This document shows, piece after piece, positions 59,104 through 64,000 of a DNA stretch of 64,000 nt. The notes beneath the pieces are model-generated. The model did not search any database and had not been told where the DNA came from. It saw nothing but the letters and a program-made list of their open reading frames with translations. The position numbers and the translations under genes were made by a program. Source of the stretch: Limnochordales bacterium (GTDB taxonomy: Bacteria > Bacillota > Limnochordia > Limnochordales > ZCTH02-B6); the NCBI GenBank assembly GCA_035304545.1, contig DATGPV010000054.1:196606-260605 (forward strand), given 5' to 3'. The stretch's first letter is position 1. Each line of letters starts with the position of its first letter.

Positions 59104-61173
59104 TCAGCCAAACAGGCCGCTGCCGAACCAGGGCGCGAAGACCAGCGAGACGATGGCCATCAGCTTGATCAAGATGTTGAGAGAAGGCCCGGCGGTGTCC
59201 TTGAAGGGGTCGCCCACGGTGTCGCCCACCACCGCGGCCGCGTGGGCTTCGCTGCCCTTGCCGCCGTACTGCCCGCTCTCGATGTACTTCTTCGCGTTGT
59301 CCCACGCGCCGCCCGCGTTGGCCATCATGATGGCCAGGAGCACACCGCTGATCAAGGACCCGGCCAACAGCCCGCCCAGGGCCAGCTTGCCCAAGACGAG
59401 GCCCACCACCACGGGCACCACCACGGCCATGAGCCCAGGCACGATCATCTCCCGCAAGGCCGCGCCGGTGCTGATGTCCACGGCCCGGGAGTAGTCGGGG
59501 CGCGCCTTGCCCTCCATGAGCCCCTTGATCTCCCGGAACTGGCGCCGCACTTCCTCGATCATCTGGAAGGCAGCCCGGCCCACCGCGTTCATGGCCATGG
59601 AGGCAAACAGGAAAGGCAGCATGCCGCCGATGAACAAGCCGATGATGACGGTGGGCTGCAGCATGTCAATGGCCGTAATGCCGGCGGCCTGGGAGTAGGC
59701 CGAGAACAGCGCCAAGGCCGTCAACGCCGCCGAGCCCACGGCAAACCCTTTGGCCACCGCGGCGGTGGTGTTGCCCACCGAGTCCAGGCTGTCGGTGACC
59801 TCCCGGACCTTGGGATCCAGGTGGGCCATCTCGGCGATGCCGCCCGCATTGTCAGCGATGGGCCCGTAGGCGTCCACGGACACCGTCATGCCCGTGGTGG
59901 CCAGCATGCCCACCGCGGACAGGGCAATGCCGTACAGGCCCAGACCCGGCAGGGCGGCCTCGGAAACGAAGTACGCCAAGCCGATGCCAATGACGATCAT
60001 TAGAATAGGCAACGCCGTGCTCATCATGCCGACGCCCATGCCGGAGATGATGTTGGTCGCGGTCCCCGTCACCGAAGCTTCGGCGATGGCCTGGGTCGGC
60101 TTGTAGTCCGCAGAGGTGTAATACTCGGTTAACAGGCCGATCATGATGCCCACCACCAAGCCCGCGGCCACCGCCACGAAGACCGCGAAACCGCCCACGG
60201 GCAGGAAGGTGGTGGCGGCGAAGTAGATGCCGATCAGGCACAGGATGGCGGCGGAAAAGGTGCCGGTGCGCAGCGACTTGGCCGGATCGCCCCCGCCCCG
60301 CACAAAAAAGGTGGCGATGATGGAGGCCACGATCCCCACCGCCGCCACGATCATGGGCAGGACCACCACCGCCGGCGACGCCACCACACCGCTCGCGTAC
60401 AGCGAAGCGCCTACCACCATGGCGGCGATGATGGAGCCCACGTAAGACTCAAACAGGTCGGCGCCCATCCCCGCGACGTCGCCCACGTTGTCACCCACAT
60501 TGTCCGCGATGACCGCTGGGTTGCGGGGGTCGTCTTCGGGGATGCCGGCTTCCACCTTGCCCACCAGGTCGGCGCCCACGTCGGCCGCCTTGGTGTAGAT
60601 GCCGCCCCCCACGCGGGCGAAGAGCGCGATGGAGCTGGCGCCCAGCGCGAAACCATTCACGATGCTGAAGCTGTGAGGATCCGAAGTGTCCGCAAACATA
60701 AGCACAACCAGCGACAGACCGGCCAGCCCCAGGCCCACCACGGACATGCCCATGATGGCGCCGCCCGAAAAGGCCACCTGCAGGGCCGAGTTCATGCCGC
60801 CGGTGCGGGCCGCGTTGGCGGTGCGCACGTTGGCTTGGGTGGCTGCCCGCATGCCGATGTAGCCGGCCAGCCCCGAGCAGAGGGCGCCCACCAAGAAGGC
60901 CAACGCGGTAGCCGGCTGCATGGAGCCCGGCTCGCGGCTCAACGTGCCTGCGAAGAAAATGACGGCGGCCAGGGCGATGACGAACACCACCAGCGTGCGG
61001 TATTCCCGGCGCAGGAAGGCCAGGGCCCCTTCCTGGATCGCTGCCGCGATCTCCCGCATGCGCTCGGTGCCCGCGTCCATGCCGCTGACGCGGCTGAACA
61101 GCCAAAAGGCCACCAGCAGCGCCAGCGCCCCGGCGCCCAGGCCCAAGTACGCGCCGGAAGCCGTCACATCCAT
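59104..61173 (-). CDS. hppA: membrane-bound proton/sodium-translocating pyrophosphatase
   Basis: The 689-aa polytopic protein has the motifs [72 protein letters not shown], and [23 protein letters not shown]. Confidence 0.95.
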   Translation of the reverse strand: MDVTASGAYLGLGAGALALLVAFWLFSRVSGMDAGTERMREIAAAIQEGALAFLRREYRTLVVFVIALAAVIFFAGTLSREPGSMQPATALAFLVGALCSGLAGYIGMRAATQANVRTANAARTGGMNSALQVAFSGGAIMGMSVVGLGLAGLSLVVLMFADTSDPHSFSIVNGFALGASSIALFARVGGGIYTKAADVGADLVGKVEAGIPEDDPRNPAVIADNVGDNVGDVAGMGADLFESYVGSIIAAMVVGASLYASGVVASPAVVVLPMIVAAVGIVASIIATFFVRGGGDPAKSLRTGTFSAAILCLIGIYFAATTFLPVGGFAVFVAVAAGLVVGIMIGLLTEYYTSADYKPTQAIAEASVTGTATNIISGMGVGMMSTALPILMIVIGIGLAYFVSEAALPGLGLYGIALSAVGMLATTGMTVSVDAYGPIADNAGGIAEMAHLDPKVREVTDSLDSVGNTTAAVAKGFAVGSAALTALALFSAYSQAAGITAIDMLQPTVIIGLFIGGMLPFLFASMAMNAVGRAAFQMIEEVRRQFREIKGLMEGKARPDYSRAVDISTGAALREMIVPGLMAVVVPVVVGLVLGKLALGGLLAGSLISGVLLAIMMANAGGAWDNAKKYIESGQYGGKGSEAHAAAVVGDTVGDPFKDTAGPSLNILIKLMAIVSLVFAPWFGSGLFG

Positions 61174-61192
61174 TGGCGTCTCCTCCCCAAGC

Positions 61193-61444
61193 TCACACCC
61201 AGAAGCTGATCACGATGGAAAGCAGCATAAAGAGCACAGCCAAAACTGTGGTGGATTTCTCCAGAACCCGGTCGATGCCCCTCGCCTGATCGAAAAACAT
61301 CTGTGCGCTGCCGCCGATGGCCCCCAGGCCCTCCCCTTTGCTGCGCTGCATGAGCACCACGGCAATGAGCGCGATGGCCACGAGCACCTGGAGGATCATC
61401 AGGAAGACGCCCAAGCCGCCACCTCCCCGCTGCAAGCTGTACAC
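61193..61444 (-). CDS. secG: preprotein translocase subunit SecG
   Basis: The core reads [29 protein letters not shown]...[15 protein letters not shown]. The true start is probably the TTG at 61414, 4 nt after GGGGAGGTGG, giving about 73 aa rather than starting at the GTG at 61444. Confidence 0.8.
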   Translation of the reverse strand: MYSLQRGGGGLGVFLMILQVLVAIALIAVVLMQRSKGEGLGAIGGSAQMFFDQARGIDRVLEKSTTVLAVLFMLLSIVISFWV

Positions 61445-61451
61445 ACAGCGT

Positions 61452-63580
<2,129 letters not shown>

Positions 63581-63652
63581 GCCGTTCCCTCCGTCCGTGG
63601 CGCCGGCGGCCCGCCGCCCCGTCAGGTGAGGCCGCGGGCCGCCGGCTCGGCA

Positions 63653-64000
63653 CTACTCGCCGTCCCCGGCGGGCTTGTCCCACAAGGCTGCGACCCCTGG
63701 CAGCTCCTTGCCTTCCAGAAACTCCAGGGACGCGCCGCCGCCCGTGGAGATGTGGGTGATACGATGGGCCACGCCGGCCTGCTCCACGGCCGCCGCGGAA
63801 TCGCCGCCGCCCACGATGGTGGTGGCATCGGTTTCCGCCAGGGCCCGGGCGATGGCCATGGTCCCTTGGGCAAAGGGTTCCCACTCAAAGACGCCCATGG
63901 GGCCGTTCCAGACGATGGTGCGGGCCCGGCGCACCGCGGCCGCGAACAGTTCCCGGGTGGCGGGGCCGATGTCCAGGCCTTGCCAGTCGGGCGGGATCTG
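63653..64000 (-). CDS. pgk: phosphoglycerate kinase, C-terminal part (gene continues beyond window end)
   Basis: The frame is open to the window edge. The reverse strand reads [47 protein letters not shown]...[12 protein letters not shown]...[23 protein letters not shown]. Confidence 0.9.
   Translation of the reverse strand, partial: QIPPDWQGLDIGPATRELFAAAVRRARTIVWNGPMGVFEWEPFAQGTMAIARALAETDATTIVGGGDSAAAVEQAGVAHRITHISTGGGASLEFLEGKELPGVAALWDKPAGDGE

Noticed and set aside
58294-60003. A 569-aa plus-strand ORF crosses ssrA, smpB and the 3' end of hppA.
   Set aside because: It runs antisense through three independently supported features (tmRNA, SmpB, H+-PPase), and its translation is low-complexity.

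Overview
The window is very GC-rich (about 70% by eye) and almost gap-free bacterial chromosome. I can support 53 protein genes, 6 tRNAs and a tmRNA. Nearly every long ORF on the strand opposite a real gene is a GC-driven shadow ORF.

Gene content and local synteny point to an endospore-forming, Firmicutes-like, high-GC lineage: tig-clpP-clpX-lonB-lonA-engB, rdgB-rph near a GerM-like gene, pgk-tpiA-eno-secG...smpB-ssrA, and a YheC/D-family ATP-grasp. I cannot name the species from sequence alone.

Layout:
- 1-14.3 kb: a complete fatty-acid beta-oxidation locus. It holds a TetR regulator, etfBA, a FadF-like Fe-S oxidoreductase and an acyl-CoA dehydrogenase on the minus strand, diverging from two acyl-CoA synthetases and fadN-fadA-fadE on the plus strand.
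- 14.4-20.3 kb: the mrp Na+/H+ antiporter operon, with mrpA and mrpB fused.
- 20.5-25.3 kb: a liv-type branched-chain amino-acid ABC transporter.
- 25.5-26.5 kb: pfkA.
- 26.7-38.7 kb: an accessory glycan-tailoring cluster. It contains HAD phosphatases, a YheC/D ATP-grasp, four glycosyltransferase-type genes, LicD, a SAM methyltransferase, an NDP-sugar dehydratase/reductase and a RimK-like ATP-grasp.
- 38.8-64 kb: housekeeping genes. These are a RumA-type methyltransferase, a PRC-barrel protein, engB, lonA, lonB, clpX, clpP, tig, tRNAs, rdgB, rph, a MurD-type ligase, a GerM-like protein, a large AMIN-domain amidase, ssrA, smpB, hppA, secG, eno, tpiA and pgk.

The most unusual signal is in the glycan cluster. 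Four consecutive enzymes are contiguous with extreme Arg/Gly/Trp-rich, CGG-rich low-complexity extensions, three C-terminal and one N-terminal. The cluster has no membrane, flippase or export component. I propose a mother-cell or spore-surface glycan system with polycationic tethering tails, but I cannot prove from sequence alone that the tails are translated.

I saw no CRISPR array, transposase, integrase or prophage.
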